Shown here piece after piece: positions 12,836 through 26,500 of a DNA stretch of 64,000 nt. The DNA comes from Nageia nagi (taxonomy: Eukaryota > Plantae > Pinophyta). The DNA lies in the NCBI GenBank assembly GCA_050084985.1, contig JBITNC010000001.1, positions 179,366,001-179,430,000 of the forward strand, written 5' to 3'. The notes under the pieces were generated by a model. The model saw nothing but the letters and a program-made list of their open reading frames with translations. It was not told the DNA's origin and did not search any database. The position numbers and the translations under genes are program-made. Position 1 is the first letter of the stretch; each line of letters starts with the position of its first letter.

Positions 12836-12971
12836 TTATTAACAACATTTAAGGGTAGCCTTGCTATAGCTATGAATTTCTACATAAATAACATATGGAA
12901 TTTTGATTTTTTTCAATAGGTTTATTTGAGTTTAAGTGCATCCTAATTTGCTTTGTTATATATAACAATAG

Positions 12972-13750
12972 GATAATGAGGAAGAACATGTAGTGGAAGA
13001 TGATGGTGAATGTAATGGTGTTTTTATGGCCACATGAGAAGAATTTTTTTTAACAAATTTAAATAATAAACTTGTTCTAAAATATCATATTATTTTACAT
13101 CGATATACCAACATGTTGGTGGAGGGGTACGTGCTTGTTGAATTTGTTGTGTACTCATTGCAAGTTGGTTAAATGTAAACCCTAGTTTTTTGCCTAACCA
13201 AAAAAAACTTGATGAAATAATACAACATGGATGTGAAGAATGGAATAGGCTAAATGAGAATACATACTTGAAAGAAAAATTTCCAAATGCATATTTTGAT
13301 TTGGATTGCATTTTTGAGTAGAAGTTGAATACTATGTTTATGGAATTTATGAATTACAAACAAGATTTACTTAAGCCATAGGGTGTGTTGGGAAAGTTTA
13401 AAATATTAGAGGAAAATTTTTTTAACAAAATGTGGGATGCCATATAAAATACTCCTAGAATTTACATAGTTACATGAGTTGATCAAATCTTCATTTTTAT
13501 GGTTGAAGAAAATGCATATTATATTTTTGATATTCGTAGTGAAATATTAGATGAGAATTATAAAAAAGGATATATTTTGAAATTTGATGAAGAGATGGAA
13601 GTGTGGGAGAAAGTAATTTTTTTTTTTAATGAGGATGAACACTATAATATAGTAAAAAAAGGGTAAGGAGTATTCCAAATATTAGTTTACTACATTTTTA
13701 ATAGATTCATGTATGCATTATTGGGTCATTAACTTTAATGCTAGAACATT
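12972..13750 (+). pseudogene. Domain homologous to the C-terminal (putative cysteine-protease) domain of plant NT-C2 proteins (At3g11760/At5g04860-like)
   Basis: One frame from 13091: YFTSIYQHVGGGVRAC*ICCVLIASWLNVNPSFLPNQKKLDEIIQHGCEEWNRLNENTYLKEKFPNAYFDLDCIFE*KL..FNKMWDAI*NTPRIYIVT*VDQIFIFMVEENAYYIFDIRSEILDENYKKGYILKFD. It is collinear with the recalled family consensus FASIDQ..AGESAC..IADW..FDSLIREGS.EWR.L..FPDKHFDL..FD.IWDEI..YIVSWNDHFF.L.VE..AYYIIDTLGERL.EGC.QAYILKFD. Confidence 0.8.
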
Positions 13751-15019
13751 AAGTAGCCTTAATATAATTAGGAATTTTACTATAGACTTCTCTTACAAAA
13801 AAGTGAAGAATGATGAAAATATGTAGGTATTTAACTTACTATTTGATGTTTTATGACTCTTGTTCTTCCTAATAACATTGATTTAGGCCTTATCCCATGA
13901 AAGGAATTGATGAAGTGAACATAAAGAAAGGTAAAAAAGGAGCATTGATATCAACCATGGGGATAACTCTTGCTATCAAAAAGGATGAAGGCAAGGGAAC
14001 AACTTGGTATAACTCCAAGGTTTCTCTTTGAGGGACAAAGCCTACAAGGACTTGTACATTGCTATCAAATAAGGAAAAAAAAGGGGAACAACTCATTTTA
14101 GGAGGTGATATTGAAATACAACATTTATAATATCTTCATAGGAATTTTTTCTACCTCAAACATTTCTACATATAATTTATTACAATATAAATTTACAACT
14201 CTTTATTGAAGTAAATGAACATTGTACACTAAATTTGTATAATGTAATTTAAGTTTATTTGATGTTAGTCATGTATTCCATTATGTTCATATAAAAATGC
14301 AATTTGTTGCTTGCATATAGATGAATTTCATTAAGGTAAAGGAGTGTTCTATTACATTTTTGTGTGACCTCAATAGGATATTTATAATGTTTGAATTTTT
14401 GAATTCAAAAAATTATTTGTGGGAATTTTACAAGTATAATTTATTCTAGTTTGTGAGATATATCTTCTCCATAGATGTATTAGTGATAACTCTAATTTAT
14501 TTGGCTCTACTTTAGTAACCTATCAACCTTCAATCTGCAAATTCTCAATAAAAATACAATTTAAAAATACTAATATGTAACTTAAAAATATATTCTATGA
14601 TAACACATGAATCATAACATATGACATAAAATAAAATGACAAATTACTTCACAATGTTATGCTTGAAATATTCTCTAACAAAATTATGATATAAGTCTCC
14701 TACTCTCTCAATGTTGGGACCCCTATTTCATTCTTCTGTAGCTTATTTTGTAGCAATAATCAACACTATTTTAGTAGAATATTGTTATAACAAAGTTAAT
14801 AATAAAATTTATTATTTAACAATATCATAAACAAACTCTAATTTTATCTATGTTGACTAAGAAAATAGGGAGAGTAATCCCCTTTGTTTAGGATTATGAA
14901 TATGTTTTGTAACTCAACTTTGATATTAATAGGTGTATAATTCAATTTGATAACTATTTGAATATAGTATGTATATTTAAATTTTTAGATGTCACTTGTC
15001 CTTTTTCAACCATTCACCA

Positions 15020-15235
15020 AGTGGATGTTGATTAAGATGCAGACTAGGATGTTGACTAGGATGCCACCTAATGTGCTCACTAAGATGCCACCTAGGATAC
15101 TGACTAGGAAACCACCTAGGATGTTGACTAGGATGCCACCTAAGATGATAACTAGGATGCCATCTAGGATTTTGACTAGGACACCATCTAGGATTATGAC
15201 TAGGATGCCACTTAAGATGTTGACTAAGATGCCTA
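15020..15235 (+). repeat. Tandem array of alternating 12-bp units (GTTGACTAGGAT / GCCACCTAGGAT), 24-bp period
   Basis: Directly visible; it produces the spurious repetitive ORF 14989-15249. Confidence 0.9.
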
Positions 15236-16844
15236 TGTGGAATGATTAATATGGATACCTATGTAGCATGGTGATGTGATTACCTATGTAGGAATTGACC
15301 ATACATGCCATGTTATTATAGTGGGTCCCACTAAGTAATTTTCATTTAAGAATATTTAATATTTTTTAAAATCTTTATAAGACCATAAATCATAAACTAT
15401 AGCACCATTTCTTCACCATTTCAATTGTTAGAAAGAGGATGAAGAGCTCTTTAGTATATATGGTAATAAAATTAAGAAAATGATTAACTTGAAGCTTCCT
15501 CTTTTATTGAATTTGAAAACCTATGTTTAACAGTATCAAAGAATAGTCTTGAGCTAATGAATGAGTGTTTTATGATCTTGCACTTGATAGTTGACACTTA
15601 TGGTAAGAATCATGATTAACTTAATGTATCCTAAGTGAAAGGTACCAATTTTGGATGTGTACATTTTGATCCTTTTTTGAATTATCCAATGACATAGGTA
15701 GTGGATTATTCAAAAAATATTATTATATCACATGAATATTTTATCATTTGGTATTAAATGAGGCTTTCATGTATCTTCATATTAGGGTATCATCAAACTT
15801 AATTATCATAGATATAATTAAGTATGATTCAATTTTCTTTCAATTGATAAATTTTATACTATAGTAATCATGTATAATGCATCCTAAAGTTGTACTCATG
15901 TCTATGTACTTATGTCATTATTTGAGATAGGTACGTGATGATACTTTGGTTCATCTACATATGCCATTTTGAGGTAGATACATGATAGGAAGCCTTTTTA
16001 GGTATACATGTTCAAGTTTGAATGTTTTCTATTATCTTGCCAAATGGGATTTCATGATGATATTTTATAAGAAATCAAGCAAATCATATCATTTATGATG
16101 TAATGAATTTAACTTGATTAACCTCTTAGATGATTTATCTTGGGATATCAATGCTAAGAGAAAAATACAAGAGGTTTTCCTTTGGGTCATGGGAAATTGT
16201 AGTTGCCATAATCATGACCAAATATAAGCTTCTAGATTTTATAATCAAAGCATTCTGAAAACAAGTTTGTTGTATACCTTAATTGGTACTCAGGCTTGCC
16301 TACATATGCCATTATCTTGACATTTAGTCTAGGGAGTTATATGATGAGGAGTCCTTTCAATATGGATAAATTGTTTGATAATCATACTAATTACCCCAAA
16401 AGAGTGGGTTTCAAGATTATTTTTTGTAAAAGTTATTGGAATTATATTTGTTTATGATTAGGGCTTTTTAAATTAAACAAGAATTGATAGCAAGTCAATA
16501 GTATTCTCCTTAAAATGTTGAGGTGACAAGAGATAATCCAAAATGGGTGTGGATAGGATAGAAAATGATAAATAAAAATGGATATTTGATAAATATTAAG
16601 ATTGTATGAGGATTTTATTATTGATCCTTTATTATTGTTAATAGTATCTTGCAAAGATCATTGCAAAAAATGTCTACTCAAGATTAAATATTATTAGGTT
16701 GAGCAACACCTAAATAAAAATTCAAATGTATTCCCACTCAATTATTGAAGCAAGGAGAAAACACTAAGATTTTTATGAATATATCAAAAATGAATAAAAA
16801 ACCTAGTAATGTTTGATAAGGATACATAGTACATGTTTCATTAC

Positions 16845-18812
16845 AATCATGATTTCAATAATATCCTAAAGAGAGGTAAAACCCTAGGCCACCACTTATC
16901 CTTATACCTTCTTTGTAGTTGAATATATTTTACCCTCTAATTGGTATATGTTGCATGTTTACTTCTCATTTAACCTTGATAAAACCTATCTAACCTGATT
17001 CATACTCTTGTATGGTGAACATTGCATAATATACTCTGGTGGAAGTTTAATACACAATGGTTTGGGTGAGCAACCATGGTGGTTTGATAGTTCTATTAGG
17101 ATGTAGTACATTATGATGGGTACATATGGAAATTTGTAATAGTCATTTACATTTTGTTTTTTACACTCTATCATTTAATTATATTGATGTTATTTTATTA
17201 TTTTAATATAAATGATTGTTAGAGCAATTATGATATTTTATGAATGCTAAGGTGAAATATGTTTACATGTTGTAATGCTCTTTCATGCTATATATTTCAT
17301 TTGTGATGTTCATTACTATTTGTAGTGTGCATCATGTATTACAAACATGTTGCTTATTTACAATTGTAGTGCTATTACTATATATCATTTATTGTAAGCA
17401 ATGTTGACATGTCCTTAATATGGTTAGTATGAACAATGTTGAAAATGTGTTCCCTACTAAGATGATAAATATCATTATTATTATTTAATTTGAGGATAAG
17501 GGGAAATGGTTAAGGGTTGGTCAAATTTGGTTACTATTTTTAGCTTATTCGTTTTTGTTAAATCAAATTTATATATATGTACATCATTTTTGTATAAGGG
17601 GACTTAAATGTGTATATACTTAGGAGATAATTTTTATCAATGGCAAGTTATGAATTGTATGGTCAAATAGGACCTTGGCTCTGTATGTTTGGTTAAACTA
17701 TATTCATACTTAAATTTATTTATGTATTTCTAATTAATTATGCTCTATGTAAACTTTGTTTTGTATAAATAGATTTTGATATTATATTACTACTCGATCG
17801 GTAAATATTTTAGTCAGTTTAATCTCTTTTTATGTTTGGCATTATACTAAGTTAATATTTAATTGATTCAACTATTGCTTTAATTTCATTGAATAGGGAG
17901 ATAGTTTTCATGATAACTTGGTTGGGTAAAACTAATGAGCAATGAATCATTATATACTTAAAATAGTTATGGATATATTATGTTCAATAAGTTATTATTG
18001 TTCAAAATAATCATCCTATCTCTGGTTTGCTCATATTAAGGGGTCCATTCATGTTTAGAACTTGGGATATCAGGATTATTCTTCTAATTTAATATAATAG
18101 GAGGATTGTATCTATAATTCCTAGTATAATGATGAGTTATGATTTAATTATGGGCTCATAACAATCCCTAAGAGATCATTTAGGCTCTAAGAAATAATTT
18201 ATGTTCTATTCTACTCAATTCATAGTGTTGTAGTATCTTTAGTTGGCCAAGTATGTAACAAAACTCCTTAGTATTCTAGAATGAAAATAGGGATGGTTCC
18301 CTTGGGTTAGGCCATAACTATGAGTTCAACTCAGCTTGAAATATTTGTAGTTATTCCTTGGATATTTGTTATTTTTAGAGTTCCTTTTAATGAGAATTAA
18401 GTTTATGAGTGTGGGACAAGCCCAAACTCATAAACCATTAAATCAATATTGTATATTTATCATCTAAGTAAGTATATCTAGACCATAGGTGTTAAGAGAT
18501 ATTAATTCCTATTTTTGGTAGGCTAATACCTTTATTTCATTAGCATTCTATAGAGGAAAGAAGACTATCCATAGATAATATCCCAAGTGGAAACATAGAG
18601 TATAAACCTTAGGGGCATGCTAGGATGTTAAGTTCTATTCTCTTACATCCATCACTAAGACCTAAATTTTACATATAATAATGGTCATTTTGTAAGGAAA
18701 TGAATCATACTAGTATCCTTATCTATAGCATAAGGTAAATAATCATAGATACTTAGTAATGATCTGAAGTGAAATAAAATATTCAAAAAAAATTAAATTT
18801 TGGTTATTTACA
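16845..18812 (+). repeat. 5' LTR, 3' part only
   Basis: Collinear with 24965-27007; ends GGTTATTTACA. Confidence 0.85.
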
Positions 18813-18888
18813 TTCACATCATAGCCTTGATTAGGCCTAATGGTGTTATGGTGTCTAAAAACCTTTACCATGTTGTATTGCAAAGGAC

Positions 18889-21800
18889 ATGCCTCCTCAA
18901 CTTTGTAATAGATAAAATATACCTAAGAATGATCAATACGATGGACTAAGAGGTGGCCCCTATGGCGATCTTTATGGTGGGAATTAAGGTGATCCTAAAG
19001 GTATTTTTAATACTAGGAGGAATTAAACTCATAATATCAATAATAATCAAAGGATGAACAACATTTTAATGATGAGAAAGATTAGAATAATGATTAAGAC
19101 CAAAACTAGAGTCCAAAAAATATTGTCATTATAGCCATGAATGCTACTATGGGTGAGATGAGACAATAGTTATAGCAACAACATCAAGATTTAGAGTAAT
19201 TATGAAGAGCCCAACAAGGTGATGATAAAGTTATCATTACTCCAATACTTGTTTTGGAAATAAGGGCACATGTACCAACAAATTTGGCCAAGGATCTAAA
19301 ACATGTATGTATTACCAAATTCAATGGTAATGTACACCATGAAGAAGGGTGACTACACGAATTGGAATCTTACTTTATGATAAGAGGTTGTGGAGATTTG
19401 TTTTGCACTACTTATGCTAGTATTCACCTAGCTAAAGAAACTTTAGACTAGTGGATAACTTACCTTCAAGATACTAACCAATAGTTCCTAGATATTAACT
19501 AGGTGGATTTCAAGAAACTCTTTAGGGGAATATTTTTGAACAATCAATTCATGTTAGAAAGAAGAACTAAGTATTTAAGGTTGATACAAGGTAACTTGTT
19601 AGTGGAATCATACCATCAAAAATTTATATAGCTACTAAAATATATCCCTAGAACTAAAGCATGCCAATTTAACAAAACTCAAAAATTCTTGTTTAGTTTA
19701 GATGCCTAGATCAACACTGATGTAAATCAATTTGATCTATATGCTTTCCAAAAAGCTTATGAAAAAGCTAGAAGAGAGATTATTAGTTTGGAAACTTGTA
19801 GAGAGGCCTTTGATTAGTTTACAAACTCCCAAAAGAAGAATCAAGGAGGACATAATCATGGGTAGCCAAATAAAGGGTAAAATCATTGGTGGGAAAGTAA
19901 GAAGAAACATGAGCAATATTATAAATAGAAGAACACACCCTCTCAGAAAACTCCCAATAGTAAAAACTATTCTCTAAAAATGATATAGGAAAGGATGCAA
20001 GTAATAAACCAAGGTAAGACTCTCCTGCAAGGAACCAAAATAGACATGTTCCAAAGTGGGATCATCACCCCAAAGGTGGATGTTACCATTGTGGAGGACC
20101 CTATTATGCTAGGGAATGTAATAGAAGGGATGGTTATCCCTTTGGAAATAGAAAAAATCATAATATTTATGCAACTATGAATCAATAAGCTTTATATAAT
20201 AAATATAATATTATCATGTTTCAAGGTATGATTTGTAACCAAAAATTTTCCATTTTGATTAATTGTAGTGCCATTGAAATTTTTATTTCTTCTTATACCT
20301 TGGATAAACTAAGCCCTAAGGTTAAATATCTAAATAAGGTAAGGAAGTTAGAATTTGCATCAAGTTAAATTAGAAATTTAAACTAATATTTACCAAATGT
20401 AAAGGTGTTCATCCTTGAGTTTGTATTTAAAATACCTTTGTATGTGGTACCATCTCTAGTGTATGAGATCGTTTTGGTTCTTGATTGGCTATATCAATCT
20501 AAATTTCAAATAAATTTTCTAGAACATTGGGTTCATATTATCAATAATGAGGAGAAAAGGGTTATCATGTATAACACAATAAGTACCTTTGAACTTAAAA
20601 CCCTTTCCTCCATTCAGTAAAAGAGACTATGTAACAAAAAATGGTAGTTATTTGCTATCAGAATTGAGGAACAAAATGAAGAAATTTCTAAGTCTAAAAT
20701 GATATTAAGAAAATACCCTATTCTCAAAGAATATCAAGATGTGTTTCTTTATAAACTACCAAGAATGCCTCTAGTAAGGGAATTTGACTTTTCTATTGAG
20801 TTAATCCCTTGAATAGAACCTATTTCAAGAGTCCCTTATAGAATGAACACCATTAAATTGCAATAGCTTAAGATAGAGTTGTAAGAATTAATGGATAAAG
20901 AACTCATTAAACACAATGTGTCTCCTTGGGATGTACCATCCCAATATGTTTTATCAAAAATAAATATGGTACTCTAAGGTTATGCATATACTACCATACA
21001 TTAAACAAACTGATCATTAAAAAAAAGTATCTCTTACTCAGGATTGATGATCCTTTTTATTAGCTACGTAATGCCAACATATTTAGAAATATTGACCTAA
21101 GGTATAGATATCATAATTTGAGAATAAAGGATAAATACACTTTAAAAATAACTTTGAAGAATAGGTATGTTCATTATGAATTCATTTTGCTACCCTTTGG
21201 TCTTACTAATGCACCAATAGCCTTTATGAATATCATGAATGGTGTGTTTATAAAGTATTTGGATTAGTTTGTGCTTTTGTTTCTTAATGGTATTCTAATA
21301 TATTTTAAAATTATGGAAGATCATAATCAACATATAAAGATAAACTTTTAGGAACTAATAGAAAATTAGTTATATGGCAAATTGCCTAAGCGTGAATTCT
21401 ACACTTTTAGTGTATACTATCTTGGTCACATCATTTCTAAGTAGGGGTTAGCTGTAGATCTTAAGAAGATTAAAGTAATGAAAGAATGGTTGGCCCAAAC
21501 TAATGTGAGTTACATTTTAAATTTTATAGGACTAACCAATTATTATAAAAAAAAATTAAATATTTTTGGAAAATTGCTTACCCCATAGGCTAGTTATAAA
21601 AGAAGGACTATATGTTTGTTTGGTCAAAAAAATATTAGTAAACTTTTAAACTTCCAAAAGATAATTTAACCACTTACCCTAACCTTAAACTTCTTGATAT
21701 ATATAAGTAATTATCAATTTGTATATATGTCATTGGTTAAGGAAGAGGAGGCATGTTAATGCAAGGTGGTCATGTTGTCACCTATGAATCTAGAAAACTC

Positions 21801-23517
21801 AAGGACCATGAGATGAAACATGGTACTCGTGATTTAGGACTTGCAGCCATTGTTCATGCTTTTAAAATGTGGAGACATTACCTCATAGGTAGTTCAATGG
21901 TATTCAAGTATGATAATCATGATCTAAAATATTTATTTACCCAACCTACTCTTAATGCATACTAAAGGAGATGGATGGAATTCATAGGCAAGTATGATCT
22001 CAAGAATTAATACATTAAGGTTAGAGAAAATGAGGTGGAAGATATCTTAAGCAAAAAGAGGCATATATTATTTGATATTTCCAATTACAAATTTGATATA
22101 AAATGTAGGGTGCAATATTATCAATCAAGAGATAAATTCTACATTGAGAAAAGGAGAAGAATAGGGAATGGTACTCTAAAAAGTTTTAGAATAAGAGAAG
22201 ATAGCCTACTTTTTTTTAGCTACATAATAGTAATTACAGATGAAGGAAATTTGAGGAAATATATTCTATATAAATCCTATGTCACTCCATTCTCTACACA
22301 TCCTAGGGTAAATAAGATGAGAGAAAACCTTAAATAGTAATATTTTTTTATAGGGGAATAAAGAGGGATATAGTAGTTTATGTGACCAAATGCATTGACT
22401 ATCAAAAATTTAAGATTGAGCATAGAAATATAGATATTCTATTACACCCCCTTGCCATTCTTGAACAAAAATGGTATTCCATTAGTATGGAATTCCTTGT
22501 TGGCCTTCCAATAATAAGATACCAACATGATTCAATCTTTGTAATGATTGATAGGCTGACCAAAGTAGCTCATTTCATTCTTGGAAATACCACATACAAT
22601 GCATACATTATTTTTGGTAGGTTCATGAAAGAAATATTTAGATTACATAATTTTCTTAAAAGTATTATTTCTAATAGGGATAGTAAATTTACATATGAAT
22701 TTTGGAAGTTTTTGAATAGTGAGGTAGAAAATAAATTTCATTTTATTTCTTCATACCACCTAAAATCAGATGGAAAAACTAAAAGAGTAAATTAAATTTT
22801 GGAAGATATGCTCTAGATGTATTATAACCACCAATAAAAAAATGGGAGGACTACTTGAATTTGGTGTAGTTTGCATATAATAATAAATATCAAAAATCTT
22901 TAAACATGTCACCATTTGAAGCCTTGTATGGTTGAAAATGTAGAACTCCAGTATCTTAGGATAGACTAGAAGAGAGATCTACTTTTGGAAATAAAATATT
23001 ACAAAATATGGAATCTTAGCTTAAGATTATTCATGGAAATATTAAGGAGGCATTAGATAGATGAAAATGTTTAGCTAACCTCCATATAACCCATAAATAA
23101 TTTACTATTGTGAATAAAGTTTTCCTCAAAGTTAAATCTAGAAAAAGTTATATTAAATCATCCAAGTTGTCAGCTCATTATGTACTCCCCCTTACAATTC
23201 TAGAAACATTTAATCTTATAGCTTACCATATGAATTTTCCAACCAATTTTTCTAAATTGCATAATGTATTTAGTGTATCTTTGCTTAAAATGCACATGCC
23301 TTATCCCTCACATGTTTGGGATGTGGATAAATTGCAAATGATAAATCCTTTGACTATGGAGGTAAAACTAGTAATAATTCTGGAAACCTATACTAAGAAG
23401 ATCAAAAATAAAAATATGGACCAATGTAGAGTTTAATGGGATAAATATTATGAGAATAATTCCATGTAGGAAGACTTAAATGTGATGTAAAACTAATTTC
23501 TTGATTTATTTGTTTGA
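18889..23517 (+). pseudogene. pol: gag-pol polyprotein, heavily disrupted
   Basis: RT (LRLCI..LNKL..RIDD, HYEF..LPFGLTNAP), RNase H (VVTYESRKLKDHE..LAAIVHAFKMWRHYL), integrase (WYSISMEFLVGLP..IDRLTKVAHF..SNRDSKFT) and chromodomain remnant. Confidence 0.95.
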
Positions 23518-23566
23518 TAACTAGCCTAAAAACACATTAACTATGTTTAATCTTAGGAAGGGTGAA

Positions 23567-26500
23567 TGTGATGGATTACTTTGCTAAGGTTGCAACTCTA
23601 TGAGATGTTTTGTTTGTATTCATTTATGAATTTGCATTTTGGGTATTATGGTGCTATGATAGGGTTCTGTATGTGCATTAAGGTCTTATCTAAGTTCTCA
23701 TACTTGCATGATTTTATGCATAATAAAATGGTAGGGATAGGTGAATTTTGTTAATGCATGCTCATGTTAGTCTCTCTTGGGATCTAAAATAATGAGTATG
23801 GGTCAAGCCCAAACTCCTAATCCATTAATATCTCAATTTTCTATTATCTTCCCCCTAGATTTTATCATTTTAGAATGATTTTTTATAGGTAAGTAACCTA
23901 ATCTATATAGTTAAAACTTAACCTAAGATTAGTAAGCTAATCTAATAAGGTTAGTGGATTAGTTTGATTTTAATCTAATTTAAACTAAACTAACCATATA
24001 TTAGTATTGTTATGTTAGTAAATTTAATAAACTAAACCCAAATCTAATGTTAATACCTAAACACCTACCCACTCGACCACTTTGCTCTAATACCTAAACA
24101 TTCTATTATTTTTCCTCTAACCATAACCTAAAAACTAAACAAAACATTATAAACTAAACCTAAAACCTAGAACATTCTAAAAACATTTCCTTCTTATACT
24201 AATCATTCTATGTCATGAGATGAGCATGGGTAAAGTTGGGATTTTACAACTGGTATTATCGATGGTATACTCACATGAACTAGTTATTTATTCATTTATG
24301 ACTAAAGATGGTTTAGTAATGGTTATTTACACATCCTTTGAGCTTAAATTTGAGTGTTTAATTAGTTGATTATATTGCAAAAATCATTTGAGGTAACCTT
24401 TGAAACTATAGCTTTAACATCAAATCTTTGTAAATCATTTTCATGGAAGCTAGTAATGGAGGTATGTTTTGAGGAGGTGTTAATAAACTTTAAATTTGGA
24501 AGGCATGTAAACAAAGTGTTGTTAACCATAACTAGGGGTTGAGCCAAGGGAATGTGGGAGATTACTTTACATTAGTACATAAGATTGGAACATCCAAAAA
24601 TAGAGTACTTCAATCTATTTTCTCATTACTAAGGAATAAAGTATCAATTTATAATTATCATAAACCTCATAGGGTTATCACCTTTGCTTACTTGATTGAA
24701 ATTGATAAGTTGATATTGGGTATGGAAAAATAAGGTTCAAGGTATTTTCTTTGGATGGTTTTATATGTTTTTCTTACATGTTGTTGAGTTATGGTTATGG
24801 GTTCAAAATTGGAGTCTAATGTTTAAATGTTTACTAATTTCTAAAGATGTTTTCAAGTGTTATTATAGGTAATACTATTGCATTTTCTATGGAGGATTCT
24901 ATTAGGCATTGCATTGAAGTCTTATTTCATGTTCTACATTTAGAAGGAGATGAGTGGCTCACCTTTACATTGCATGATTTCAATGGTAGCCTAAAAAGGT
25001 AAAATTATAGACCACCACTTATACCTATACATTATTTGTAGTTGTAGACACTTGATCCTATCATAGTTATATGTTGCATATTGACCTCTTATTTAACCTT
25101 GTTAAAACCTATCTAACTTAATTCATACTCTTGCATAATGAATGCTGCATAATATACTCTAGTTGAAGTTTAATCAACCATGGTTTGGGTGAGTAGCCAT
25201 GGTGGTTTGACAGTTTGATTAGAATGCATTACATTATGATGGCTACATGTGGTAATTTGTAATAGTCATTTACATTTCATTGTTTACACTCTATTATTTA
25301 ATTATATTGATATTATTTTGTTATTTTAATATAAAAAATTGTTAGAGTAGTTATGATATTTTATGAACACTGAGATAAAATCTTTTTACATATTGTAATA
25401 CTCTCACATGGTGTATATTGTAATTATAATGTTCATTATTGTTTGTAGTGTGCATCATGTATTATGAACATGCTACTTAATTACATTTATAGTGTTGTTG
25501 TTGTAATGTTTATTATTATTTATCATTTATTGTAAGCAATGTTGACATGTCCTTAATATGCTTAGTGTGAATAGTTTTCTTAAGCAATATTTAATTGCTT
25601 AAGAAAAGGTGTCCCCTATTGAGATGGTAAATCTCATCCTTATTTTTTAATTTGAGGTACATGTAGGAACTGAAGGTTCAATGGTTAAGGATTGGCCATA
25701 ATTGGTTGTTGTTTTTAGCTTAATTTTTTTTATTGTATCAAATTTATATATGTACATATTTGTATAAAGGGATTTAAATGTGTACATCCTAAGGAGATAA
25801 TTTTGTATCAATGGCAAGTTATAAAGTTTATGGTCAAACAAGACCTTGGCTCTATATGTTTGGTTAAAATATTATTCAAACTTAACTAGATTTGTGTATT
25901 TTTGATTAATTTTACTCTATGGTGAAATAGATTATGACATTATAATACTACTCAATTAGTAAATATTGTAATTAGTTTAATCACCTTTTATTTTTATTAT
26001 TATATTGAGTTAGTGTTTACTTATTCAACTATTTCTTTCATTCAATTGTAGGGAGATGATTGTTGTGGTAGCTTGGTTGGCTAAAACTAACGAGAAATGA
26101 ATTGTTATATACTTAAAATAGCTATGGATATGTTATGTTTAATAAGTTATTACTATTAACAACAATCATCCTATCTTTTTTGTGTTCATATTAAGGGTCC
26201 TTTCCTATATAGAACTTGGGATATCAAGATTGTTTTTTTTATTTAATCTAATAGAAGGATGGTATCTATGATTCCTAGTATAGTGATGAGTTGTGGTTTA
26301 ATTCTAGGCTTGTTGCAATCCCTAAGAGATTATTTGGGCTCTATGTAAGAACTTATATTCTATTTTTCTTAGTTCATAATGTTGTAGTATCTTTAGTTGG
26401 CTAATTATCTGACAAAAAACAAGTTTTCTAGAATGAAAATAGGTTTGGTTCCCTTGGATAAGTCCATAGTTGTGAGTTCAATTTGGCCTTAAATAGTTGT

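Noticed and set aside
14989-15249. Repetitive MLTRMPP ORF / CRISPR-like array
   Set aside because: It is a translation of a 24-bp tandem repeat with no unique spacers, in a eukaryotic context.
6255-15323. CACTACAAATAC at 6255 and TTATAGTG ending at 15323 as CACTA TIRs
   Set aside because: Only 9/12 complementary, and the 3-bp flanks (TAT, GGT) do not form a TSD. Element ends and the CACTA-versus-MULE assignment remain open.
15930-16440. Possible decayed coding segment
   Set aside because: No motif recognised in the frames tried; needs BLASTx.
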